Source: Octopus sinensis
Taxonomy: Eukaryota
Reading direction: 5' to 3'
NCBI RefSeq assembly: GCF_006345805.1
Contig: NC_042998.1
Span: 118,916,001-118,980,000 of the forward strand
DNA length: 64,000 nt
Below are positions 51,790 to 64,000 of the stretch, piece by piece (position 1 is the first letter of the stretch; each line of letters opens with the position of its first letter). The notes under the pieces are model-generated. The model ran no database searches. It worked only from the letters and a program-made list of their open reading frames with translations, and was not told the origin of the DNA. The translations under genes and the position numbers were made by a program.

Positions 51790-54378
51790 GAGTGACCAGA
51801 CTGAGTACGACAAATCAGTTACTGGTTCAAATCTTCTCGAAACACAGGAGCTGGAAGTATCCCACAACCGGAATATTCCAACAGATGGCCATCCATGCTC
51901 TTCATCAAATAACCAAAAGAAAAAGAATGAAAAATGGTCAAGAGGAGATAATAAATGAGTTCTTAAGGACTTCTATCATGTCATGTATTTCTCCACAAAT
52001 AAATCTAATACTGAACCACCCTATGTAAGTTGGAGACAGAAGCACCTTGAAGTAAGACCCTACATAGATAGTAACAAACTTACCAACGCCAAAAAAGAAA
52101 TTACTATCTGAATTAGAGATTGACCAAACTCAGCAATCAATAAGGGATAAAAGGAAAGAAGTTGCAGCTAAAGAAGATATTACTGAGGAAATAATTACAA
52201 ACCAACCCAGCTCTTATGAAAATACAATAATGATAGAAAGAGTCACTGTAACTTATAAGCAAAGTTAAATACTCTCTGAACGAGCCATAAACACCAAGGC
52301 AGATGAAAATCAAACAGATGAAGAAAGTCACACAGAAATTGACCCAACTGAACTAGGTGATCTAAAAAATTAAACCATGATGGCTGAAAATTAAAAAAAA
52401 CAGTATGAATGAACGTGACACTCTCCCAAATATTGGCAACTCTAAAAAAAACTGAAAGTAATTGCTAAAATCTCCCTTGCACTTAAGGATATAATTTCAG
52501 CTAATGATGTTGATAGTACAGATCTCAATTGCTTGTACTATGCATCTGCAAAGATCTCAAAAATTATATGTGGTGAAAAGATTAGAAAACAACAACATTC
52601 CCACAAAGAGCTTACTTGGCAAGCACGTATTCAACCCCAAATTCAGTTACTTAACTCCGATATAGAATGTTTAAAAACACTTTAAATTTGACAAGAATAT
52701 CAAATCAACAAAATCGGAAAATTAAAGAAAAGGTATAATATGAAAACCATATTTGACATCGATACCACCATAGAAACTATCTGCTAAAGCTGCCTGCATA
52801 GCACGGTTTGGAAAGCGCGTTATGTTCTTCAAAGACAATATTTTCAAAAATAAAACAAAATAAAATATAGGAAGATAGGTAAAGTTACAGTAAAGTCTGT
52901 CCCATGAAAAAAAAAGTGCAACAATTTTGGAATAAAATTTTGTCAAAAGAGAAAACGCGCAATAAAAAGGCCCCTTTGATTGATAGAGCATCTACTGGCT
53001 TAGACTTCTTGGAACAGCAAAAATGGGAGTGTATCAAGGTAGAGGTTTTCTCAGGAAATCAAGCAAATGGAAGTCTCCAGGAAAGGATAAAATTCTTAAC
53101 TTTTGATTGAATACCTCCCCTGAGAGTCATGAACTGCTATCAAAACTTTACAACAATGGTTTTCAAAAGCTAGTACGATTCCCCCTTGGCTAGTTAATTA
53201 TGTTACATTCCTACTTCCATAAAATGAAGAAACAAATGAACCGAAAAATTATAGACTGACTACCTGCTTAACAACAATGTATAAAATACTAACATCTGTT
53301 TTGATTGAATATACCTATACTTCTTCAATAGAAAGTGGCATCTTCACTAATAAGCAAACAGGATGTAATCGTGGGTCCTGTGGTTGTAAAGAGCAGCTAC
53401 TCATCAATAAGATGATCTTGGAAGGTTGTCACAAACAACACAAAAACTTTTCAATAGCCTGGTTAGACTATAAAAAAGCTTTTGATAGTCTACCACATAG
53501 CTGGATTGAGAAATGTCTGGAAATATATAAAATAGCACCTACTCTGCGAAAAGTCTTGTTTGTAAGTATGAGATCAGGGAGAAACACACCCAGTTTGAAC
53601 AGTGACAATGAACCTTTCAATGCCGGAGATATAAGAATTTCATGTGGTATTTTCCAGGGTGACTCTCTATCACCGCTCTTTTGTCTAGCCTAGTACAATA
53701 TGGGTATAACAGTTTTGATAAAAATATAAATCATCTCTTTTACATGAATGATTTAAAGCTCTTTGCCATACTGACCAACACCTACGAGCTTACTAGCAAT
53801 TGCTAAACAGTTCAGTGATGACATCGGGATGGAATTTAGCCTCGATAAATGTGCAAAGGCTACCTTCATCAGAGTTAAAATGATAGAAATACCCAACGTT
53901 AATCTTGACCAACAGAATGTCATAAGGGAGTTAGAACCAGCGGAGATATACAAATACCTGGGGGTATTTCAAGGTGATAGAATCAAACATTCAGTGAAGA
54001 GGCAAAAGAAAGGAAAAGAATGTTATAGCAGGGTAAGCGCAATACTCAAGACAGAGCTGAATGCAAGAAACAGGGTTGAAGCGATCAATACTTTAGCTAT
54101 ACGGGTCGTGACTTACAGTTTCACTATTATTAACCAGTCAATTACTGAAATATGTAACCTTGGCAGAAAAATATGAAAGTTGTTGACAATGCATAGAATA
54201 CTCTAAGGCAAATATAGAACGTCCTTACCTACCAAGAAAAGAGGGTGGCCGTAGACTTTTAACAATGAAGATTGCCACAACTGGCCTGGACACCTACTTG
54301 AAAAACTCTGATGACTGGATGTTAAATCTTGTCTTAAAGCATGAAAACAAGAAAACATCATACTCAGTAACAAAACAG
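51790..54378 (+). mobile_element. R4/Dong-type RLE retrotransposon, degenerate, 3'-truncated (no endonuclease)
   Basis: N-terminus ...WRQKH..VRPYIDSNKLTNAKK; KNYRLTTCLTTMYKILT, QTGCNRGSCGCKEQLLINKMIL, WLDYKKAFDSLPHSW, GIFQGDSLSPL, HLFYMNDLKLF, GMEFSLDKCAKA, ELNARNRVEAINTLAI, YLPRKEGGRRL. Frameshifted; ends before the CCHC and endonuclease. Confidence 0.9.
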
Positions 54379-54949
54379 TAAAGTATAGAAGCGGCCCTCA
54401 AAATCGTTTCTGTGATTAAAATGGCCCGCAATGTAATTCGAGTTGGCCCTAGGACAATCCTTTGATGATGACGATGATGATGATGATAAACCTTAATATC
54501 TACAACTAATGTGTGACTATTTATCCTTTCCTCTCTCTCCCTGAGTATTCGAAAATGTAAACATCAACGTCCTTTTTATTCTAAGAGCACTACCATTTCT
54601 CTTTGTGCGGTCATACAAAAGACTATATTTAATAAATCTTAAAATTTACTATCTACAATTTGTATTCTTTTCTTTTTGACTCTCCCCGAGTATTCGAAAA
54701 TGTAAATATCCTTTTCATTGCAAAAGTCCTAATGTATTCTCCAACTGGATGGACAAATGAACATCTCAAGAAAACTTAAAATATTTAATGTATTACCCAA
54801 ATACGTAAACACACATTTTATTGCAACAACACAACTGAATTCAGAAATTCAAAAAGTAAACGCATTTGACCTCTACTGACCAAAAGAGTGCGAAGATTCC
54901 TTTGTTTCTATGGCTGACCTCCCCGCCATCTGCCGAATGTATTTATATA

Positions 54950-55108
54950 CCAGGCCCGAAATTTTAAGGGAGGAGGCCAGTCGATTAGATCGACCCCAGT
55001 ACACAACAAATACCTGGCGGAATTTGAAATCAGAACTTAAAGACAAATGAAATACTGCTGAGCATTTCGCCCGACGTGCTAACGTTTTTGCCAGTTCGCT
55101 GCCTTAAT
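54950..55108 (-). mobile_element. tRNA-derived SINE (family 1), internally deleted
   Basis: Reverse complement of the consensus. Confidence 0.8.
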
Positions 55109-55671
55109 TGTGCAAATTATTCTGAGAAAAAGTATCTTTTTCACCAGAACAAAACTCACATACAGTGGCGCCTCTGTGATAACTTGAGCTTCTACTAATA
55201 GCAGCCAAATCTCGCTTGAAACACACGCTTTCATTAAAAGAAAGAACCAGATGTTCAGTATTTCGGGGTAAAAACTATGCGACGGGCCTGCTACATCAGA
55301 GGCAACTCTTGGCTAAACAAAACAGTCAAACATACTTCACATTAAAAGATTATCTACTAAATAATAGGAATAAAGTTGATGATATATCATCGAATTTTCA
55401 TTCCCTGGTAAAACTTTGGCTAAAGACCTCCAAATTGTGCGTCCCGACATGGTTTTTGAGATTGCTTTTATAGTAAAAAGTAGTTATTGTTCGAAAAACA
55501 TACTTTATTTGGTAGGCGAAAGATTACTGAATCTTTTGATACCTTATACGTCAAGATCGGCAACTCAGTTTTCGAATTTATAAGAAACATATGCACGCGC
55601 ACACAAACACACCAACACACACACATTCTGTTATATAATATAATGCATATATATATATAGATAGATAGATA

Positions 55672-55722
<51 letters not shown>

Positions 55723-55767
55723 TAGATATAGATAGATAGATAAATAGATACATACATACATACATAC

Positions 55768-55837
<70 letters not shown>

Positions 55838-55838
<1 letters not shown>

Positions 55839-56989
55839 TGTTTCTTTATTAGCCACACAGGGCTGCACACAGATAGAACAAATTACAAGGTAGAGCTCTT
55901 CTTTTGAAGGTAAAAAGGGGGGGGTTCGATCAAAAGGGATCGTAAAAGGAGAGAAAGAGGACAAAAAAGGGGGGGTTAAAAAAGGGGGAGAGGAAAAAAA
56001 TTGATCAATAGGGATCGTTATCACAGAAATGTCAATATGAAGTGTAAAGGGGAGGACAGGTGAGGTTTACCCGTGGAAAGAAAAGCCTACGGAAAAGACC
56101 ACGGTAACCTCGGTCAATGAAGCCACATGTTATACTTCTTTCTTTTATTTTTTTTTTCAAATAAGCAACTCTCTGTATTAATTTTTATGGTTCATAGAAT
56201 CATAGTCAAGGTGGCTTCGTCATTCTTGCTACATTTTAAAACATTCACTAGACAAAACTTGCCTCTCTACTCTCACTTTCCTCCTCAAGTGATACTTGAA
56301 GAAGTTGATGAGAGATTGACCAGAGAGGAAAGTGTTTGTCACTAATCCTTTCAGGCGCGTCCACCAGATACATTCTTTCGCCATAGCCACAAGTATGATA
56401 AAAATAGCTCTTCCTTCCCGTTTGAAGGAAGGAGGCGTGACGATATTAACGATAGACTCGGCTGATAAACCGACACGTCCCACACGTGACAGCAGTCGTT
56501 CGACATAAGCCACACGTCGGAAATTGCTGGACACTGCACGATTGCGTGCAGAGCGGTTTCGACGCTCTGCTCGCATCTCGGGCAGGTCGGCCCCGTGTTT
56601 CTCGAGCCATGCCTATAGAGCTTATCCCGAACGGGTAGCGCTTCTCGTTAGCACCGCCAAGCCAGGGATCTCTGGAAGTTGTCCATAGGTCCCGGGCCGA
56701 AAGTCGTTTGAAACAGGCGGGTCAGGTATTCCTCGTCGACGCCCAGGTTTGCCCCGAGATCGTCGTCGTACCTCCCCTCCACTAATCCCCTATAGAATGC
56801 TTTGGTTGTGTTGAAGTCACTCAAGGTCGACCCGGGACGACAGAGTCGCTTGAGAGCAACGCGACACTCGCGGTGCCATTCGCCCTTCCTCGGCCTCTTT
56901 TTGATCCACGACTGCAGTTCGGTCATGGAGACAAGTTGCGGGAATGCGTGCCTCACAAACGGTGACCACACCTGTTCACCGTCGTCTAC
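55838..56989 (-). mobile_element. Tx1/L1-clade LINE 3' end, copy 1
   Basis: ...DNFQRSLAWRC*REALPVRDKL...TCPRCEQSVETALHAIVQCP (zf-RVT/CCHC)...AMAKECIWWTR...FFKYHLRRKVRVER. 3' UTR ends AATAAA-gaaaca directly into (TATC)n. Confidence 0.9.
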
Positions 56990-57060
<71 letters not shown>

Positions 57061-57061
57061 T

Positions 57062-57092
<31 letters not shown>

Positions 57093-57093
57093 T

Positions 57094-57173
<80 letters not shown>

Positions 57174-57241
57174 AGATAGATAGATAGATATAGATAGATA
57201 GATAAATAGATACATACATACATACATACATACATACATAC

Positions 57242-57282
<41 letters not shown>

Positions 57283-57298
57283 AGATAGATAGATAGAT

Positions 57299-58462
57299 AT
57301 GTTTCTTTATTAGCCACACAGGGCTGCACACAGATAGAACAAATTACAAGGTAGAGCTTTTCTTTTGAAGGTAAAAAGGGGGGGTTCGATCAAAAGGGAT
57401 CGTAAAAGGAGAGAAAGAGGACAAAAAAGGGGGGGTTAAAAAAGGGGGAGAGGAAAAAAATTGATCAATAGGGATCGTTATCACAGAAATGTCAATATGA
57501 AGTGTAAAGGGGAGGACAGGTGAGGTTTACCCGTGGAAAGAAAAGCCTACGGAAAAGACCACGGTAACCTCGGTCAATGAAGCCACATGTTATACTTCTT
57601 TCTTTTATTTTTTTTTTCAAATAAGCAACTCTCTGTATTAATTTTTATGGTTCATAGAATCATAGTCAAGGTGGCTTCGTCATTCTTGCTACATTTACCC
57701 ATCTTTTTTTAAAACATTCACTAGACAAAACTTGCCTCTCTACTCTCACTTTCCTCCTCAAGTGATACTTGAAGAAGTTGATGAGAGATTGACCAGAGAG
57801 GAAAGTGTTTGTCTCTAATCCTTTCAGGCGCGTCCACCAGATACATTCTTTCGCCATAGCCACAAGTATGATAAAAATAGCTCTTCCTTCCCGTTTGAAG
57901 GAAGGAGGCGTGACGATATTAACGATAGACTCGGCTGATAAACCGACACGTCCCACACGTGACAGCAGTCGTTCGACATAAGCCCACACGTCGGAAATTG
58001 CTGGACACTGCACGATTGCGTGCAGAGCGGTTTCGACGCTCTGCTCGCATCTCGGGCAGGTCGGCCCCGTGTTTCTCGAGCCATGCCTATAGAGCTTATC
58101 CCGAACGGGTAGCGCTTCTCGTTAGCACCGCCAAGCCAGGGATCTCTGGAAGTTGCCCATAGGTCCCGGCCGAAAGTCGTTTGAAACAGGCGGGTCAGGT
58201 ATTCCTCGTCGACGCCCAGGTTTGCCCCGAGATCGTCGTCGTACCTCCCCTCCACTAATCCCCTATAGAATGCTTTGGTTGTGTTGAAGTCACTCAAGGT
58301 CGACCCGGGACGACAGAGTCGCTTGAGAGCAACGCGACACTCGCGGTGCCATTCGCCCTTCCTCGGCCTCTTTTTGATCCACGACTGCAGTTCGGTCATG
58401 GAGACAAGTTGCGGGAATGCGTGCCTCACAAACGGTGACCACACCTGTTCACCGTCGTCTAC
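57299..58462 (-). mobile_element. Tx1/L1-clade LINE 3' end, copy 2
   Basis: Near-identical to copy 1 with the same 5' truncation point. It retains an 11-bp stretch missing in copy 1 and differs by a few SNPs and 1-bp indels. Confidence 0.9.
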
Positions 58463-58559
<97 letters not shown>

Positions 58560-58560
58560 C

Positions 58561-58649
<89 letters not shown>

Positions 58650-60479
58650 TAGTCAGTTCAAATAAACGAATAACAAAATGAACAAAACAGACAAGAGGAC
58701 GTGCACAAAGAATGTATTAGTTTGACACTCAGGGAAAGGGAGAGGTTTTGACATTTTGAGCATAGCTCTTTTTCGGAAAGGAGAAGGGGAAATGACCAGG
58801 AAAAGTAGAAATCGTCATGAACACTGCTGTAGTTACATCGATGAAGTAATTCAACACAAACCGCCATAACTTAGTAAGAATGAATGGAATTTATGATTTT
58901 GTTGTCTCTGGGGAGAAGAGTCATTATGATCTTTATTATATTTTTTATATTGTTATTGGTTCTCCGTTCAAACAGATTAATTATAGCAGCTGGTACCTAT
59001 GTTTAAGAAGTTAGACATAGAATCAATGAAATAATACGTATTTTTTAACCCCAAGTCATTCTTGGTCAAGAAGGACCATAATCAAAAGTCTTCTAGCCGT
59101 GGTCATCCATTCTTTTTATTTCATGACTCTTTAAAGATTGTAGAAGTATTTCATTGTAATAACGAACGAGGCGAAGAAACATGGAGAAGGTAAATGTATT
59201 TGAAATGGCGACTTTTTTCTTGGAATAAACAAAATTTTTAAATATTTAAAAGTTAAAAGATGTTCACTTTATCTTTTTCCGCGTTAATGTATTTGCCATT
59301 CACTAAAAGACACAATAGATTCTTTAACTTCATGAAACGAAACAATTAAAAGGCTGATGATATGCAGAATGATATCACTCTTCTCAAAATAACCATTTTT
59401 TTTCAAATCACCGTTATTTTTCTCTTCAGTAAACAGTAAAGCAAGCGAGAAACAATCACAATATTTTTATTGTATTTTGCTTCTCAGACAGTAAAGAATA
59501 TAATGTAAGAAAACTTATTTTCTTTTTTTTATTGCAATTATTGTATCAACACAGCCAAGACGAGAAATTGAAGCTATGAATAGAATATAAATTACAAAAT
59601 GCAGACGGTCGAAATAACATTGCAATAATTAAATATAAGTAAACAGTGTATTTTTATCATAATTACCCGAGTCTATAAAAATTTAAGGAATGTTATATTA
59701 AGTAAACTTTTTGAAAATCAATGAATCCGCTCTGAAAATATCAACAGCAATTTAGAGGGAACTTACATCTTCATATGGAGAAATAGAAAATATTTATTAA
59801 GCGAGAAGGTATTTATGTTTGCCATATACGTTTGTAAAGATATTTAAGTTAGTCAACGTATTAAGGTTTTCAATATAATTATATAGAACAGTATAATTAG
59901 TACGTTAAATACGTCGGTCACGTTTTCGTCATAAAAGTTTAACTGTTTATTTAAATGCAAAGTTATTGCTAACACAATAATAATATTGTAACATAGAAAT
60001 GGTTTCTTTTCATAAATTACACTGGCAAGGAGTTGTAACACCATGACTCACAGGACCCCTCAGGTTGATATATTTGATATGGTTGATACCAGCCTGAACA
60101 AGAGAATAATAAATAAAAACTCCCAAGAGATGGGATCTGGAGATTTGATCAGAAAATTTACATTATATTGAAAGACACGCGAATACAGGCAGTCCCAAGC
60201 ATCTATGTAACAAATAAAACATCAGAATCGTTCAATTCCCGAATTACGTCTCTGCATTAATACCTACTCCCCACCAGAGACTTGTGTGGGATCATTCTGT
60301 CGGTACTCGATCCGCTATGATTATAGACAAAACCCCTTCAGAGCTCTCTTAGAGAAAGAAAGACTGATTTAGATATAATCCGAAATGGATTGTGTTTGAA
60401 TATTTAGTCAGATAGAGTTAATAAGTGGTGAAACTCTAAGACTTAAACACATATCTAAATTTTAGCAAAAAAATTTTCT

Positions 60480-62029
60480 GACTATGGCGCGATATAAGGG
60501 AGGATACAAAAGTGAATGTATAAGAAAACAGTATGATATATAGACATATGCGGATGGAGATAGGATGAGAATTAGAGGGGTGAAAAGAAATAGATAAAAG
60601 TTCGCTAAGATAATACTGTCTCAATAAATATATAGTAAATTGATTTTTTCAAAAAATAAGACCCATGATCTTGGCACCAAAATTAAGAAAGGTCTTAAAA
60701 TATCGTATCAAAGGTAGAGAAATTGAATGCTTCCCGACTGAAATTGTCTGTTGAAAACCTATCAAACTATTTTGACAACCTATTTCGAACCTGCAACTAC
60801 ACATCAGAGACCTGATAGAAACAACTACACTCGAATACACTGAAAATGAAAAAAAGTCCTTAATGCTCCCATGGGGATGTGGTGTATCATTCTCCAGTCT
60901 GAGAAACGTACAGTGAACAATTTCATAACTACGAACAATGAAATCCTACTCCTATATGACCTTCGAAAAGATCATAAAAGCTACACAGATCATGTAGTTG
61001 GGTTACCTACCCGACCCGTTTGTGGTACCAACAATGCTAACAACCACAAAATATCATATTTTCTCTCACAAATCCTACGACCCTTAATAGAGTTATCTAC
61101 AGATGTATGTGATAGTACTGAAGACCTCCTTAGCAGAATCCTGGAATGCAACAATACATGCGACCTCAGTGACCACATCGTATGTAGCATGGATGTGGTA
61201 TCACTATATCCTTCCATTGATGTATAGACTTTGCTATTGAAAAATGCATAGACTTAATTTGTGAGAGTAATATGATATTTAAAATGTGGATGTATATGAA
61301 CTAGGCCTCTTCCTGACCCTAACTTGTGCCGACGAATAGCTGTCACGAAGTAACCTGGTATATGCTTGTCCCACCCGTAACAAACGAGGTAGACCACCTA
61401 GCATTACCTCAGCATACAAAAAACCCCACAGAGAACGCTGGCATGGCTGAACAAAACCAGACCACCCACCTTCAGAAATACACGACATCAGAACTACTGT
61501 CGCACACGCTATCGGTGTCAGCCTTAGGACTACACTTAAAACCCATATTTTTAAGTTTAATAATAAACTATATAAACAGATGAAAGGCGGTGCTATTGGT
61601 GTAGGGATCGCCGGTGACGTTGCCAACCTCTTCATGGTATGGTGAGACAGACATTTTAAGTAGTGCCTAGCGACCCGTAACATCCACTTAGCTATGTACT
61701 CTCGATATGTTGACGACATATCTGAGCTATGGATAGAAAATACTATGTTTAATGGAACTATTAAACCCTGTTTACTCTACTTAAAGTATTGTAAATCTAT
61801 GGCTGATCCATGCGTAATTCGTAGTGACTCGTGGCAGACTTAGAGTAATGAGGAACATATCCACACAACAGCACATCCAGCACTACATATTCCGAATGCA
61901 ACGTTCCGGTTACAGACAGTACGATAGAATCAGAGTGTACAAAGGAGCGAAAGCAAGATTCGAACGCATTCTAAGAGATGACGAAACCGGCATATACCCA
62001 CTATACCGCAACAATTCTGAAATAGGTTG

Positions 62030-62061
<32 letters not shown>

Positions 62062-62545
62062 CCAACAAAAGAAATAAAAATAAGTTGTAGAAAAGACAGG
62101 TAGGACTATCAAATTTGTATTAAGTAAAACACGTGAGTGAATCACGTGTCAAAATAATTGTGTAGTATGTTCTACAAACCCACATACGAACTGCAAAAAG
62201 AAAAACACTGTATACCAGATTAAGTGCCAAGAAGGAAATTGCGCTATTATCCCAGAGTCATATTCGCGAGACTTCTAGGAGAACCAATGACAAGTTCAAA
62301 GAACAGTTGGACAACTACATTGAAAAAAGATCAAACTCCATCGTTCTATCAGCATGCTGTAGACTTCCACAATGGCTCCTTAGGGAGACTTAAGTTAGAC
62401 ATCTTATCTACACATCACACTGATGAATTGCTAACGCAAGTCACAGAAGCTGTCTGTATACAGGAATATAAACCCACACTCAACCGTAAATCCGAATGGA
62501 GTTTCACCCAGATTCCACACGGGACTACCCATCTATAATCATCCT
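60480..62545 (+). mobile_element. Penelope-like element (RT plus GIY-YIG C-terminus), degenerate
   Basis: RIKGREIECFPT, LRKDHK...PTRPVCG, DSTEDLL, SMDVVSLYPSID, FKFNNKLYKQMKGGAIG...VANLFM, SRYVDDI, RSGY..YDR, and terminal QVTEAVCIQEYKPTLNRKSEWS. Stops, frameshifts and a (GA)n insertion near 62030. Confidence 0.85.
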
Positions 62546-62639
62546 TTCTCTGATTTACATGTAAAGATCCACACATGCATGTTGAGATGCATGATACTGA
62601 AATACATATCTGTAGTTATATATAATCGCATGAGTGTAC

Positions 62640-62769
62640 TTAGATTAATATATATGTACGTATATGTAGATGTATGTGTATTTTAGCGTGTGTGTGTATG
62701 TATCAGTTGTGTGAGTGAGTGTGTGTATGGCTGTGTACATCCATGCACTTATGAGTATGTGTGGATATG

Positions 62770-62816
<47 letters not shown>

Positions 62817-63112
62817 ATGCACATATATATGTATATGTATATGCATAATAAAAAACAAATTCTAATGAAAATAAAAAAAATATAAATATTTTTAAAAATT
62901 TTAAGCGTTGTCTGCGAAATTAGTGACATATATATGTGTAGATGGATAAGCGTATATATGTGTATACTTTAAGATTATATGTATATATGTGAGTGTGTGT
63001 ACTTGCTTATGTGATTGTGCGTGCTTGTACGTATTTACAGGTAGGTTTATATTTGCATGTATGAAGCTAAGCTGTTGTATCCATTCACCGTTAGATGGTG
63101 GTGAGAGGAACA

Positions 63113-63159
<47 letters not shown>

Positions 63160-63390
63160 GTGTGTGTGTGTGTATGTATATATGTGTGTGTGTTTGTATA
63201 TATATACACACACACAAACAACCTTCGAGAGTGTAACAGTCTTATATGCAACTTGAGCAGACACATATATCAGTACGTAAACATACGTCCACATGAACGT
63301 ACACATATACACAGACACAGACACGTCTACACATTGACATACCTAAATACTCACATATATACATAAGTACGTACGTACATACATATATAT
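62640..63390. repeat. Alternating (TG)/(CA)/(TA) microsatellite-rich block
   Basis: Direct inspection. Confidence 0.9.
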
Positions 63391-64000
63391 ATCATGAACT
63401 AACTGTTACTTTCTCACATGCAGCACGGAATTTTGTCAGTGAACAGGTCGCGGTCTGAAAGCGACGAAAATATTTTGACAAATTAAATTTAACGGTTTTT
63501 GTTTGTTTTTAAATGGCTTATAAACACTTTCCATGCTGCATTTGTTTCTTTGCTTTTTTTTTTCTTTTCGTTATCGGATAAAGAACTCGAAACTTTTGAA
63601 TCATTTACAATTAACTATATTTAAAAAGCGAGTCGCTGATTTCCTTGCGCTATCAATATATACGGTTTTGTCATTTCTTTTTCATATGACCGTGACTTTT
63701 TTATCCTTCCCTTCTTCAGCCTTCGCATAAACGCGAATTCCCTTACCCTTCTTGAAAGTTCCCGCTTTACTCTCTTCATTTAGTTACTTTATTATGATAT
63801 TTATATAGTCATAATACTCACTCATTAATATACGATTTCTTTATTATTGTATTGTAACCGTTATAGCCCAATGAATTTTTATTTATATTCTTATATTTTC
63901 TCTGTAATATTTTCTCGTTGCCGGTCATAGGATTTATATTTCACTATTTTCGGAGTTCCTTTCCTTTCTCTTCTTTTGTGTCTCTATCCTTTTTTCTCCT

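Larger units (their letters stand above)
55645..58630. repeat. (GATA)n arrays at 55645-55837, 56990-57298 and 58463-58630 framing a ~1.46-kb tandem duplication
   Basis: Direct inspection; period 57299-55838 = 1461 bp. Confidence 0.95.

Noticed and set aside
59181-59212. aaacATGGAGAAG|gtaaat plus a downstream YY1-like aaatggcg
   Set aside because: A three-codon exon with a moderate donor cannot be distinguished from chance without transcript data.

Overview
Eukaryotic, AT-rich, repeat-dominated genomic DNA with no prokaryotic features, rRNA or CRISPR. The tRNA-derived SINE families and the very high microsatellite density suggest an octopus or other coleoid cephalopod (inference). Most of the window is decayed mobile DNA: at least seven fragments of R4/Dong-type (RLE) non-LTR retrotransposons closely tied to (TAA)n arrays; a tandemly duplicated Tx1/L1-type 3' end embedded in (GATA)n; CR1/L2-type and RTE LINE pieces; three Penelope-like fragments; a full-length dead mariner with both TIRs and TA TSDs; an internally deleted maT/DD37D-type element; a hAT transposase relic; a Helitron Rep/Hel relic; and many SINEs. 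Almost all ORFs in the supplied track are microsatellite or TE artefacts. No host gene could be named. Splice signals and promoter-like motifs give candidate host exons: a minus-strand chain starting near 36.0 kb, a promoter-like site at 3.8 kb with a 72-aa ORF downstream, and a plus-strand exon at 4815-4873. All protein-family assignments are by-eye motif recognition, not database searches, and TE boundaries are approximate.
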